A DNA stretch of 64,000 nucleotides from Octopus bimaculoides (taxonomy: Eukaryota), in contig NC_069007.1 in assembly GCF_001194135.2 (NCBI RefSeq), positions 3,688,806 through 3,752,805 of the forward strand, read 5' to 3'. Both the position numbers and the translations under genes were made by a program. Shown piece by piece: positions 12,483-26,727 of this stretch. The notes under the pieces are model-generated. The model had not been told where the DNA came from and did not search any database. It saw only the letters and a program-made list of their open reading frames with translations. Position 1 is the stretch's first letter, and every line of letters starts with the position of its first letter.

Positions 12483-14683
12483 TAGACATTTAATTAATTA
12501 AGAGGGTATAATTATGTAAAGTTATTTGAATGTATATAAATGTATATAATTGATTTTATTTTAGAAACAATAAAGTGAAAACAAATTATCTCAGATAATA
12601 AACGAGCCAAAAAGAACAATGANNNNNNNNNNNNNNNNNNNNNNNNNNNNNNNNNNNNNNNNNNNNNNNNNNNNNNNNNNNNNNNNNNNNNNNNNNNNNN
12701 NNNNNNNNNNNNNNNNNNNNNNNNNNNNNNNNNNNNNNNNNNNNNNNNNNNNNNNNNNNNNNNNNNNNNNNNNNNNNNNNNNNNNNNNNNNNNNNNNNNN
12801 NNNNNNNNNNNNNNNNNNNNNNNNNNNNNNNNNNNNNNNNNNNNNNNNNNNNNNNNNNNNNNNNNNNNNNNNNNNNNNNNNNNNNNNNNNNNNNNNNNNN
12901 NNNNNNNNNNNNNNNNNNNNNNNNNNNNNNNNNNNNNNNNNNNNNNNNNNNNNNNNNNNNNNNNNNNNNNNNNNNNNNNNNNNNNNNNNNNNNNNNNNNN
13001 NNNNNNNNNNNNNNNNNNNNNNNNNNNNNNNNNNNNNNNNNNNNNNNNNNNNNNNNNNNNNNNNNNNNNNNNNNNNNNNNNNNNNNNNNNNNNNNNNNNN
13101 NNNNNNNNNNNNNNNNNNNNNNNNNNNNNNNNNNNNNNNNNNNNNNNNNNNNNNNNNNNNNNNNNNNNNNNNNNNNNNNNNNNNNNNNNNNNNNNNNNNN
13201 NNNNNNNNNNNNNNNNNNNNNNNNNTATATATATGTGTGTGTGTGTGTGTATATATGTCTCCTACAGCACTATATAGATTTCAATTACCTGAACTGCAGG
13301 CTATTCTAGAGTGTCACATTAACGAGTTTTTTATTAATATCACTATGCTCTGTACCTATTCTGATATCGTACTTATTTTATCTCTCTCTGTTGAACTGCT
13401 AATGTATACAACACAAAGACACACAATATAAACACCTGTATATGCATGTACACACACACACACACACACACACATGAAATTCTGCTGTTTTTCATTCACC
13501 CAATTTCAGTCATGAGGTAAACTGGTCAATTTGAGACTAGAGAAGAAGACACTTGCCATTATCATTACATAATAAGACACACATACACACAGTAAGGGGT
13601 GAGAGAGATTCACATACATGTTCACTATGCACACGCACACGTGCACACACAAACTGAAAGATAAAGCCTCTAACAGGGCAAGAAAGATTGCGAAAGAAAC
13701 AGACAGAACAACAAACCATTTCCACCAGTTGAAAATTAATTTGAGTCTTTAGCTTAATCAATCAATTAACTAAACTCCCTACCCACTTTATGTCCTTCAA
13801 TCTTGAACAGCTGGACATGTGCCTTAAGGTCCAGCTTCTCCTCCTGTAACTCTGTGCTCTATTCAGGCATGCTTTCATTATCTCAACACACAAACACAAA
13901 CAACATTTTTTAAAAACCTATTAAATATTAATTAGATAAATTTCTTAAATAGAATAATCAAATTGTCACTATGATACAAATAATAATAATAATAATAATA
14001 ATGATAATAATAATAATCCTTTCTACTNNNNNNNNNNNNNNNNNNNNNNNNNNNNNNNNNNNNNNNNNNNNNNNNNNNNNNNNNNNNNNNNNNNNNNNNN
14101 NNNNNNNNNNNNNNNNNNNNNNNNNNNNNNNNNNNNNNNNNNNNNNNNNNNNNNNNNNNNNNNNNNNNNNNNNNNNNNNNNNNNNNNNNNNNNNNNNNNN
14201 NNNNNNNNNNNNNNNNNNNNNNNNNNNNNNNNNNNNNNNNNNNNNNNNNNNNNNNNNNNNNNNNNNNNNNNNNNNNNNNNNNNNNNNNNNNNNNNNNNNN
14301 NNNNNNNNNNNNNNNNNNNNNNNNNNNNNNNNNNNNNNNNNNNNNNNNNNNNNNNNNNNNNNNNNNNNNNNNNNNNNNNNNNNNNNNNNNNNNNNNNNNN
14401 NNNNNNNNNNNNNNNNNNNNNNNNNNNNNNNNNNNNNNNNNNNNNNNNNNNNNNNNNNNNNNNNNNNNNNNNNNNNNNNNNNNNNNNNNNNNNNNNNNNN
14501 NNNNNNNNNNNNNNNNNNNNNNNNNNNNNNNNNNNNNNNNNNNNNNNNNNNNNNNNNNNNNNNNNNNNNNNNNNNNNNNNNNNNNNNNNNNNNNNNNNNN
14601 NNNNNNNNNNNNNNNNNNNNNNNNNNNNNNNNNNNNNNNNNNNNNNNNNNNNNNNNNNNNNNNNNNNNNNNNNNNNNNNNNNN

Positions 14684-14727
<44 letters not shown>

Positions 14728-14759
14728 TTTATGTTTATTCAGTTTAGTAATTGTTTCTG

Positions 14760-15050
14760 TTTTAAGACACAAGGCCAGCAATTTCAAAGGGAGGGGGAGT
14801 AATGAATACCATTGACCTAGTAACTCACTGGTATCTCAAGGACAATGATGATGATGATAATGATTATGACAACCATAATTTAGGCACGTGACCAGCAATT
14901 TCGAAGGAAGAGGTTAGTTGATGATATCAACCTCAGTACTGTATTTTATTGACCCAGAGAGGTTGAACAGCAAAAATGACTTCAGTAAGACTGAAACTCA
15001 ACACTACAAAGTGATTTTTTTTTTTCTGATGCTCTGACAATTCTGTTCAT
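14760..15050 (-). mobile_element. Two adjacent SINE family A fragments
   Basis: cacaaggccagcaatttc occurs at about 14769 and again as cacgtgaccagcaatttc at about 14885, followed by the family A body. Confidence 0.6.
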
Positions 15051-15606
15051 CCATCATTTTAAATAATAGCTTGATAAATTAACCTCAGCTGCATTTGAAT
15101 TCAGAAAGAGATTTGCATACCAAATGGCCTTCTTGTGCCTATTTCTAATTTTGGCAGCAATTTTTTTGGAATGGGTGGCAAGTCGATTACATTGACACCA
15201 GGACTTGACTTAAAACACTTCTGAGGATAAAAGACAAAGTTGTCCAGGGCAAGATTTGAAATCAGGTAAATCCAAACCTCAGAGGCAATATAAGCATCTA
15301 CAGAGTTGTGCCAATGTGATAAATGGTTTCCATTTGATGTAGTCATTTATGGTAAGAATACACATAAATAGAGGGGAAGGAGGAAGAGGAGAAGGATAAT
15401 GGTGGTGGTGATAAGAATGGTGAAAATGGTTTTGTGTCACTGGCGTAAACATTGGAGTTAAGTAAGAACTTAATCATCCCATGAAATTCCTATTTGATTT
15501 GATTAGTTGAACATACGAAACCGATTTAGGTAATTGACCCTGAAGGGATCAAGAGACCAGCACTTAACTCTCTTAAATGACGTGATTGAGGGATTTCCAA
15601 CAGGAG

Positions 15607-15684
<78 letters not shown>

Positions 15685-16464
15685 GACACAAATACTATAA
15701 GACATAATCCCATGTAATAGAAATTATGTTATACCAGTATCTACACTAATTTAATAAAAGGAAAGACAAAGGTTTATCACTAATTCAACCTCATCAATAA
15801 ATAGTAATCTTATTCATGAAATTAAATTGTCCATAATTGGGACAGCTGCGAGGGAAACTTATAGTAATGGGCGTATGCACACACACTGTGCATGATTGTA
15901 TGCACACACACACGTACGCGCACACTGTCATGAGACTCAGCCAGACTCAAAACTGAATCAATTGCGTAAACTATTTGCCAACTTCAGAATATAACACACC
16001 CTTGCACTTTATTCTCACAAATTCACAGGTGTGTGTGTGTGTGTGTGTGTGTATGTGCACGTGTTAAAAACAAGGCAAGCTTTTCTCTCTCGTTGAAGAA
16101 GGACTTAGCCCCGAACATAGGAAACTCATAATAGTATATGAACTTCAACAACAATGAAAAAAAACTTTACCAATGCAATTTTTTCCTAACACAGCCATGA
16201 TTCAAACAAAATGCCTAAATAAATCGTTTTAGATGAAATTACAATTTTCCAAATATTGGCATAATTTTTAGAATGGAAAACACTTTTCATCTACCACTTA
16301 TTCTGACAGACTGGATTTAAACAAGAAAAGTTTGAAAGAAAAGTTCCCAGTTCAAATCCAGCATTGTCTACATGTCCTCATGGTCTCAAGAACAAACAAA
16401 AAATAATAATAATCTCAGAATTTTTTTCTACAAATAGAAGAAGGTTATCAGTACTGTAATTCTA

Positions 16465-16500
<36 letters not shown>

Positions 16501-17452
16501 AAGTATGTTTTTGCATGTCTCATTCCTTTATACAAAAACCTAATGTTCAGATGTTATGGTATTTAAAACAGAAATGAATATTTTTTTTTTCTGCCATCCA
16601 CTATAGACACAGAAGATCTAATTACATTTTAATTGTTCCCTACAACTTCGATATTTCTCTACCACAATGTTAGAAACAAGAAGCACAATCTTAGAAGCAA
16701 CTTAAGAAACAAAGAGATTAAAAAGTCCGGAGGCTGGGGGGAGGGAGACCTGACAGGAAACTGAAATTTTTATACTTATCTAGAGATAATTCTAATACAA
16801 CTTCAACTGAAATATCATTTTTCATGGCTTAATTAGTGTGCCACATCCATGATCATTTTGTGGTGGGGGGTCTTCAAAAAAAGGTGGAAGACTTAAGTGT
16901 TATCCTCAAACCCAAAACTATAACAGAATGCTTGCAACAAAGCAGAGCACTAAAGACACCCAAGGGTGTGGTGGTGTTAGTGGTGGTGGTATCATACCAG
17001 GTGACATATGAAGTTTATCATCCTAAAGAAAATATCTACAATATACCACAACAATAAACAATCCTGGCACTCTCACATATACACAAAAATATCTAATATA
17101 AGTTCATCAATGACATTTGACAGATAATATCATTATATTATTATTATTATTACTATTATTATTATTATTATTATAGTTTATTAAATAATTACTAAAAAGC
17201 TAATTATTACATGTAAATAATTTACAAGATGACAAAGAAACGTTTGACTTAATTTGGAAATTACTGATAGATAATTAAAACATTTCAATTAAATCTTATA
17301 AACCAGAAATAAAACAAAAAAAAAAAAGGTATTTTCAAGTTACTCCAAAAGAAATGGAAAGGGATAAAATAATGGTAGATTTGAGTAAGCCTCACAAAAA
17401 TAACCTTCCACAATACTTTTGTAAACCTTTAAAAATATTTCATCTTGTTTTT

Positions 17453-17494
<42 letters not shown>

Positions 17495-18139
17495 AAAATG
17501 TCACAAAAAAAAATATATTAAATAAATAAAAATAATTCAAAAAACCAGCATTTGAACATTTGTAAATTGTGATGTGTTTTAAAGTCGTCGCTAAAATACT
17601 CAAAGCAGAGAGACATCATGCAGTGAACCTATGTGTGAAAAACAACAAGATTGTAAAATACTATGGAAGCAATCTCAAAGATTCTCATGAAATTTGTTCT
17701 TCAGTTGGACCTGTAAATGAGCTATAGTTTTAGTCTAAAGGAATCGTTATTAACCAAGCAAAGGTCAGGACTTCAGCATAAATAAATATACATGTTCATT
17801 ATACATGNNNNNNNNNNNNNNNNNNNNNNNNNNNNNNNNNNNNNNNNNNNNNNNNNNNNNNNNNNNNNNNNNNNNNNNNNNNNNNNNNNNNNNNNNNNNN
17901 NNNNNNNNNNNNNNNNNNNNNNNNNNNNNNNNNNNNNNNNNNNNNNNNNNNNNNNNNNNNNNNNNNNNNNNNNNNNNNNNNNNNNNNNNNNNNNNNNNNN
18001 NNNNNNNNNNNNNNNNNNNNNNNNNNNNNNNNNNNNNNNNNNNNNNNNNNNNNNNNNNNNNNNNNNNNNNNNNNNNNNNNNNNNNNNNNNNNNNNNNNNN
18101 NNNNNNNNNNNNNNNNNNNNNNNNNNNNNNNNNNNNNNN

Positions 18140-18173
<34 letters not shown>

Positions 18174-19185
18174 TGTGTGTTTGATGGTTATTCCAGTAAT
18201 GAAGTTAAATATCTAATGAAAATAGAATTGGTATTTTCTTAAATAAACTCGATATATCTCAACAGAAAATGGTCTCTAACATGACATTATTCAGCAGAAG
18301 ATAGATTGGTATGGGGGAAAAAAAAGCTGCTTTCCTCAGTAGAAGGGTTAATAGATTTCTAATGCACAAATAAAGGCCACTAAAACTAAATCCAAAATTC
18401 ATACATTTATTCCAACAAATAAAAGATCTTTATGAAATTATGACATGTCTTTAATTCTTAGTTATTGAAACGTAACAAACTGTAAGTATAAAAATTACAA
18501 CTCTTAATTATAAATATTATTTTTCATGAAATGGAATTTAACTTTCAGTATACACTATACAAATTGATAATTCAATTAGTTTCTTTCTTCTGGATGATTT
18601 CTCTACATCATCAATACAGTATATCAACCATTATCTACATATAGATGACTTTAAATGGGGCTAAAGAAACATTCCTTAATTCTAGATAAACTTTTAGATT
18701 TAATTAAATACTTTCAGTTTAATTAATATTATAACATAAGTATGTTCCATAATTCTCTTCTGACAATTGTGATCGAGTCAGTAAGATCATACAAAACTAA
18801 AGAGCCTGAGCTCCAGCATATTTCAAATAATGTAAATAAATTTGGGACAGTCATTGATTTAAAGATGTAATGGTCAATGAAATGGCAATGATGGTGAGTC
18901 TGCTAACCCATTAGTTTCATATGATGCAGGCCACGTCTTCATGTAGTATATAAGACATAGCAGAAACAACTGTAACCTAACGAAGTTCATTGCTTAATTT
19001 CCTATTCCTTTGTCATTTGTTTAATTTCATATTATGCTCTGTGCTCGACTAATGCTCTATTCTAAAGCCTATGTATAATGAGTTTTAACACAAGGGTATT
19101 AGTGTTGCTATGCCTAAGCGAAACATTAATACATACATATATCCAAAATGCATATATAATGCATAAGTATGTGTGCATGTATGTA

Positions 19186-19245
<60 letters not shown>

Positions 19246-20265
19246 TGCATACATACTCCTTGAAACCAAGTACATGGTAAAACTATGTTTACATGAAATT
19301 ATATAGAAAATTTACATTCTACATACAGCAAAATTATATAATAAAAACTATATACGTCATATGATTCATAAAATATTTGAAGATTGCTCAAGCTGCTATA
19401 TCTTTGGGAGAGGGGATTTTTTAAAGAATTCTTTTTTTTCTCCCCCCCCCCACTCCCCTGAAAACCAAATCAGAATTGCTAATTTCACAAAAAANNNNNN
19501 NNNNAAAGTATGGTGGAAGGTTAGGGACATACGATCAACAATCACACACACACAAAAAAAAAAAAGAACATACAAAGTTACACCCTAACACATTTACCAT
19601 TTATACACAGCTGATATACATTTAAATAGTTTACTCTCTCACACAAAACAAACAAAAAAGAACTACATGTGCAGACAGAGATTCAACTCGTAGAATTTCA
19701 TCTTATCCATGGGCAAATTTGTACAAGCTTTCACATGCAAACCAAATAATAGGTTTTTTGGTGATTTTTTTTTTTCAAACAAGCTGTTTAGAGGGTGCTT
19801 TTTATTTTTTCAGTGTCCTTAGCAAAAACTAGACAACAGGAAAATGAATAACCATTATATTCTAGTATTTTAAACACACTTTTTTCAACACTAGAAAAAC
19901 TAATAGTTTCTTAATATGATCCTGTATCTACAACAATTATCACCAACATATAATTTCCATAATAATGCACTAAATATAAATAAGTTATAAAAATGAGAAA
20001 ATAATTTATTAGAAAAAAATGTCTACTCCCTTCCCAATAAACTCATATAGTCAATATATATAATTTAGATGTGATATTTTTAAAAATATTGACAGTATAA
20101 ACATACACACACACACACACACACAAATAGATATACACAAACATATGAAACATACATATGCACACACTTATGTGTATAGATATACACAGACACATACATA
20201 CACGCACACAAACATATATGGAAAGACATATACAAACACGCACCATGCATGTATATGTGTGATAA

Positions 20266-20299
<34 letters not shown>

Positions 20300-20952
20300 C
20301 ACTTAAGAAACAATACTTAGACGATCGTTTAAGAATAATCATCTTGGGTGATGATAATTACATCCAACGTTCTCACTCAATTGTTTCTCACAACTGAAAA
20401 ATCTTGAAATCTTACAAAACAAAATGTTGAAAGAGAGGGATATAAATTAACTGAGTTGGCCTGAGTAGATTACTGGTACCAATCAATGAAAGGTAAATCA
20501 AACGTTGATAGAATTTTAACTCAAAACATTAAGAGATATGCAGCTAAATATTTTAAGGCATTTTAATCAAGTAAGCAAATATTTCTAACTCAAGCTATTA
20601 AGAGCTTTACGATTTACATAAAATTATAAAATTTTATCATTATTATTATTTTAAATGTTCCTGTTTTTAAATTACAAACCCCTATTTTAGATGTATGTAC
20701 TGCCTTGTAATATTTACAATATTACAATAAACTAATTGATAATTATGCCAAATCTGGGGTAAGTGATTACTATGTTTGTTTGTTTTTTTGTCAATAGTCC
20801 CTTCTTATTTAATTGAGGAGTTTATCAAAAAGGAACCAATAAACAGCAATCAATAACCCTAATTATCTCTGTCTTTATAATTATAAACCGCCAGATATAA
20901 TTTCAGAATAAAAATATCTAGCAAAGAAAACCGACACACAAGTAATCATAGA

Positions 20953-21143
20953 CTCAAGGCCAGAAATTTGGTGAGGGGGTCAAGTTGATTACATCAACCC
21001 CAGTTATTTGACTGGTACTTATTTTATCAACCCTGAAAGGATGAAAGGTAAAAGTGACCCCAGTGGAATCTGAACTCACAATGTAAAGACAGATGAAATG
21101 CTGCTAAGCATTTTGTTTGGGACGTTAACAATTCTACCAGTTC
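20953..21143 (-). mobile_element. SINE family A
   Basis: Reverse complement of the 58570 element (gattacatcaacccc...gaaaggatgaaagg...ctgaactc...gctaagcatttt). Confidence 0.85.
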
Positions 21144-21532
21144 AAAAGCCTTAGTAATCACCATCATCATCATAATAATAATACTATATATAACAATGCT
21201 TTATATGACTTTAGTACAGAAGAGAACAAGTTTGTAGTATCAAGAATCCAAAAATATAAAACCTTATATACAAATTTATATTTTTAATCCAAAACAGTGA
21301 AAAATATATCTGAAATCATGGATTAAATAACACTGTACAGTTAACTAGAAAATGTAAGAAAATAGACATTATTCTCAAAAAATAATTTCTTTTGTCATGG
21401 CACAAGGCTTAATTTTTTAATTATTGACTCCATTAAATACTTAAAAAGAATCAAATTCAGAACATTAAGGATCTGCTACCCAAAACACTTTTCTACTACT
21501 CTTCACCCCTAATCCCAAACTAATTAATTCAA

Positions 21533-21756
21533 CCCTTTCGTTACCGTATTTCTGTTGAAATATAGTACCTTTGTCTCAAATCATTTTTGAAAATAACAAA
21601 GAATTTAGTATAAAATAACTTTGTCGTTATTAAGCTGGTGTTTTAGAGCATAAATTAACGAGAAATTTTGATGGAACATTTTAATTAAGGTCACTTCAAA
21701 CAGGAAGTTTGTATTTTAGAACTCAGAGGTCTTCAGATGAGTTGGTATCAAAAGGG
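21533..21756. mobile_element. piggyBac-type MITE, family P2 (224 bp)
   Basis: TCAA|CCCTTTCGTTACC ... GGTATCAAAAGGG|TTAA: imperfect 13-bp TIRs and a different interior from P1. Confidence 0.75.
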
Positions 21757-22145
21757 TTAAAAAGAGATCATCTTAGATATTTGAGAGGTAAGCATTTTTC
21801 AAAGCATGATTGCTGTCAACATCACCACCATTACCACCACCTCCACCACAATCTAGAGATTTTTGTCCTTATTTGGAGAATAGCTAAGAAACTTTTGTTA
21901 CTGTTATCATCATTCTGAAACGATACTACCAGCACAAATAAAACAGAATAGAATAAAGCTTGTACATGTTTATAAACACTTAGTGAATGCTTCATTTAGA
22001 TCTAGCTCGTTATGCCATAGGTGATTTGCGTCAATGGGCAATGTTAAGTAAATTAAAAAATAGCAAGCCAACAAGGTAGGCATGTTAGCTTGGCTAGTGT
22101 GTGAGGAGGAGGAGCTTATCACATGGTAAAAGGACTGCGAATTAC

Positions 22146-22325
22146 CTCAAGAGGAGGCGCCTCAAGCATAGTTGTTGCTTCGGTGATGTCAGTGTGCTGG
22201 AACGTAGGTTGGGGAGGAGGCTGGGCATACATCAGGTCCGGAGAGTGAGGGATGGCAGCAAAGACATAACCAGGGGCTGTCGCAGCAGTGGCAGCAGTGG
22301 CTGCAGCTACACTTTGACCAGGATT
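22146..22325 (-). CDS. boll: boule exon (NPGQSVAAATAATAATAPGYVF...TMLEAPPLE)
   Basis: Acceptor gtgctgtttttccag, donor GAG|gtaatt, 180 nt, phase 0-0. Lies within ORF-track entry 22119..22340. Confidence 0.92.
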
Positions 22326-24069
22326 CTGGAAAAACAGCACACATACAGGGTTTTCATCACTGCATTATTTATAACAACATGACAAAAAGAAGCAAATTAC
22401 GTTTGTTGTCAGTAATTGTTAATTAGTCGATGAAATGAAACAAGAAGAGTTAATTAAAAGAGGGGGAAATAATTGTTCATGCTTTCTGTTTTTTTTCTTC
22501 CCCTGAAAGCTGACTTATTTTAGAAATGACATATTTGTCTTGCTTATAAATGCTTATAGATTCATTTCCAAATGAATTTTGAAATTTAAACCCCAACTTC
22601 CTTTGCTAGTTTACAACTTAAATTTACAGAATATACTTAAAATATACAACAAGCCTTAACCAAGTTAAACATGTAGATTATCTGTGGGGGTTTTTTTTTA
22701 ACTAGGATTCAAAATTTTAATTTTTTCTTTACTCAATTTTATACTGAATAAAATGTCTTTCAAGAAGAAAACTAACGACATAATAATTTTATTTTGTTTT
22801 AATATTTTACTAGCAATTGTTGTGTAATCTCAGCAACAATAATTTTAAAAAAGGGACCGGAAGATCAGTGAAATAAAGAAAATTTTCAACATAAACAACC
22901 TAAGTTTTCTTGTCGTTGTGTAATATAAAGTTGAACATTTCAGTGAACACAAACTATTCTTTTCCTTGTCTCTTTTATCCACCACCACTATTACTCTCAT
23001 TCTCATTAAAAGCCAAGATGAACCAGCCAATTAATTGTAGCTATATTTATTACTCTAAATTTAAGACAGAAACAGAAACTAACCCTTATCACACGTGGAC
23101 ATTTATGTATAAAATGCAAGTAATTCAAAGACATAAAGCTGCTTCTAACTATATTTAATAAAGCATTTCGCACAAAGACAAACCTAGATGTCTTTTACCG
23201 ATTTGTGAAATGAAAGGAATGAAGGAGAATCTACAGTAATAACGATCTCGATTGAATTAAGCAACTGGATGGATAATTAACTTTTGACTTCCTTTATGAC
23301 ACAGTACCATATGGAACTATATCAGTCAACCAGTTCTGAAATGCATGATGTCACAAGAATTGTATTAACCTTGCTTACATTCATCGGGAAGGAAGGAAGA
23401 GAGAAAACTTATCACATTAAATATCAACAAGTAATTGTTAGAGAGAGAGAGAGAGAGGAAAACATTGTAAGCATAAACATATTTTTAACAAAAATTATAT
23501 AATTCACATCATAATAGCCAGCCAGCAGTTCACTTCTCCTTGCTCACTCAAAATATTGTCTTCCCTATCGTTATGTATAAACTGATCGGTAATCTTAACA
23601 GTATGCTTGCGATGGTAACTAAACACAAACACATTGTCTTGATCACCACCATCACCATCACCACCACCACCACCACCATCACCACCACCACCAACGCCAC
23701 CAACATCACCTTCACTAACTGTAGAATTATCAATTAAATCCTTTAGGGAATGTAAGTGCTACACTATCAACTGTATAATAGAGTGATTTAGTAGAATTAC
23801 AGATTTCAAGAGCAGCTTAAATTCTTGGACACCAAAAATTAATAAAAGTCAGCAGACAACTTACTGTGTATATGATATCTGGAGGTTGACAGGGTCAGGA
23901 AATTAAACACTATTTATAAGTTAAGATATTTTCTAAGAAATATAAAAATAACTTTATAACACTGATCTCAAACTGAAAAGTTCTTTTTAGAATTATAAGA
24001 GAAGGTGAAAGAATATATTTGATCCCGTTTAAATTAAGAGTGAATACTTATGTAATAATGATGAAATAC

Positions 24070-24126
24070 CTGAGCTGTCCAGCGCCATTGGCTTGGTGTC
24101 GGGGTTGTCCATTGAGGTGGGGTTCC
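24070..24126 (-). CDS. boll: boule exon (GTPPQWTTPTPSQWRWTAQ)
   Basis: Acceptor ttttttctcttcttacag, donor CAG|gtattt, 57 nt, phase 0-0. QWRW parallels BOLL GQWQW. Confidence 0.92.
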
Positions 24127-24454
24127 CTGTAAGAAGAGAAAAAAGTTTGTAATTCTGCTTACAATTTCACAAATAAATTATGTGTGTATATATATATATA
24201 TATATAAAACCATCATTATCATTTTAATGTTCATTTTTCCACGAGTCGGATCGAATTTGAAGGCAGATTTTCTATGGCTGGAGTTCTTCCGGCCACCATC
24301 CCTCACCAATTTCCAAATAAGGTAATATTTCCCCCATGGCTAAACATGTTTTTCATGGAAGATTGTAAATGACTCCCATACAATTATGGTGCAATGCTAA
24401 GGCAAGGAGACAGTAACACACACATGTGGCACACACACATGTGGCACACACACA

Positions 24455-24598
24455 CACCTACCAAATCTATTCACAATGCTTTGGTTGGCTTGGGGCTATA
24501 GTAGCAGACACTTGACCAAGGTGCCATGCAGTAGAAATGAACCTGAAACCATGTGGTTGGAATGCAAACTTCTTACCACACAGCCACACCTGTGCCTA
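24455..24598 (-). mobile_element. SINE family B, 5' part
   Basis: ctaccaaatctattcacaa...ccaaggtgccatgcagt...ccatgtggttgg...cttaccacacagccacacctg. Confidence 0.8.
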
Positions 24599-25050
24599 AA
24601 ACAAACAAACACACACACCAGACGCTCACTCCAAGTGCATATTAAGAACTTGGATGCTTTACACAGGAAAAAGAAAAAAGACACCATCTAAACAACATTG
24701 ATAATAAAATATGGGCACAATTTCAGAAACCAGTTGCTGTCGTATCCTTTAATGACACTTAACTGTAAATATGCACTACAGAGTTGAATAGTTAGAACTG
24801 TAAAAGTGATATATCTGTAGTTTGCAGAATTGAATTCAACTTCTCCCAAGGGTTTTATCGTGAAGAGAAGTATAGGCTTAGATAACTGCATATAACAGTG
24901 ATGCCTCTTTGAGTGAATGAAGTCAGTAACTTATACATCTGTGAAGTGAAATGACAGCACAGGCAATCTAGTTAGCAGTTATATATAAACTATAGAATAT
25001 ATATACATGTCAGATGAAACATAGGAAAAGCTTCAACAAATTTGTCTTAC

Positions 25051-25134
25051 CGGTTGATATGTTGGATATGTTGGAGCCATGTAGACTGGAGGTGGTGGCT
25101 GTGATACCATCACGGCAGCTGCTGAATAGGCTGG
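25051..25134 (-). CDS. boll: boule exon (PAYSAAAVMVSQPPPPVYMAPTYPTYQP)
   Basis: Acceptor ttttttgtctgtag, donor CCG|gtaaga, 84 nt, phase 0-0. VMVSQP...Y.YQ parallels BOLL VMVAQP...YHYQ. Confidence 0.92.
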
Positions 25135-25294
25135 CTACAGACAAAAAAGTAGTTACAACAAATTACAGAGAAGAACTTAATACATGGCTTTTAATTTTTA
25201 TTGATTTATCATCAACTACGGTAAGGAGGGAGAGAGAGAGAGAGCACAGTACAGTTAAATAAATACAAACTAGGAAAGCAACAAATACATTTGA

Positions 25295-25347
<53 letters not shown>

Positions 25348-25679
25348 GGAGGAGGACAGACAGACAGACAGAGTCAGAGACATGCACATGTTGAAATTAA
25401 GATCAATAGACGATGCAACAACACAAAAAAGACTGAAGTAGTCCCCAAATCCTGGACATCCTTCACACTAGTATGGTCAAAGCCTCCTCTTTACCCCAGA
25501 CCGATGCCAACGAATGGACATCAGTTCATTCAACTACATCAGCTTTCAATCTTATTCATAAACCGCAACTTACCGCCTTGGGTCCACTCATAGGCACTAA
25601 TTAGTTTAAAAACGGTAATTGGCCATTGTAAGCGATAACAAACTATTACCTATATCATATTCTTTGTAATTTTGGCACA

Positions 25680-25860
25680 AGGCCAGGCCTTGTACTGGAT
25701 GGCTGGATGTGATTAAGGAAGACCTCCAGAGGCTCAACATCACCTTGCAGGATGCAAGAGGGGCTGGCACGAGACCGCCGGCAATGGAGAGCACTGGTGG
25801 ATCTGGGTGGCTCTAAGCACAATGACGTCTCTGGGACCACTATCCTGGGATGACCCCAGC
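25680..25860 (+). mobile_element. RTE-like LINE 3' fragment
   Basis: Reads RPCTGWLDVIKEDLQRLNITLQDAR, then after a frameshift LARDRRQWRALVDL. Confidence 0.75.
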
Positions 25861-26141
25861 CCCATCAAGGAAGAGAATGAAGCAGTAGCATGATTTTATA
25901 ACAGAGTTATTAGGGGTATGTCAAGCTACAAAACAAATTGCTCAAAGGTTTCAAACCTGTCTCAATCCCACCTGTGGTCGTAGAGACAAATGTTCATCAT
26001 TTAGTAAAATAAAACAAAAAACATTAAAATTTAAATTTCTTTCTTTAGAAATGTTAAAAAAAACAACTTTTTATGAATATGTTTTTAATAAATCTTTTAA
26101 GTGATCAATAACAAAAAAAAAAAAAAGAAGTCTATTCTAAC

Positions 26142-26260
26142 CTGGGGCTGGGCAATTGGATAGCCACTTTCTGAAGCATGAAATATAGCCATTCCATTCT
26201 GGTAGGTGTACGGAACTCCATTAGTTGATAATAATACTGTCCCAGGATGCAAGTTAGGAT
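26142..26260 (-). CDS. boll: boule exon (DPNLHPGTVLLSTNGVPYTYQNGMAIFHASESGYPIAQPQ)
   Basis: Acceptor atattttcag, donor CAG|gttaga, 119 nt, phase 1-0. Contains the DAZ/BOULE-type G-PYTY-NG-A-FH motif. Confidence 0.95.
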
Positions 26261-26391
26261 CTGAAAATATATTTAATATGAAAAAGAAAAAAATGTCAAA
26301 TCATTATGATATATATATATATACATTGAAAGTTGTATTTCATCATTAAATAGCAGAGATGCCAACCTATATATACATATATACACACACA

Positions 26392-26443
<52 letters not shown>

Positions 26444-26687
26444 NNNNNNNNNNNNNNNNNNNNNNNNNNNNNNNNNNNNNNNNNNNNNNNNNNNNNNNNN
26501 NNNNNNNNNNNNNNNNNNNNNNNNNNNNNNNNNNNNNNNNNNNNNNNNNNNNNNNNNNNNNNNNNNNNNNNNNNNNNNNNNNNNNNNNNNNNNNNNNNNN
26601 NNNNNNNNNNNNNNNNNNNNNNNNNNNNNNNNNNNNNNNNNNNNNNNNNNNNNNNNNNNNNNNNNNNNNNNNNNNNNNNNNNNNNNN

Positions 26688-26727
<40 letters not shown>

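Noticed and set aside
12117-12485. Plus-strand ORFs 11791-12009 and 12117-12485
   Set aside because: Antisense shadows of the GC-richer boule terminal exon; the second ends in an (AAT)n poly-Ile run.
15101-15346. 81-aa minus-strand ORF as a missing boule exon
   Set aside because: No convincing acceptor and donor pair in the required phase, and no similarity I can recognise.
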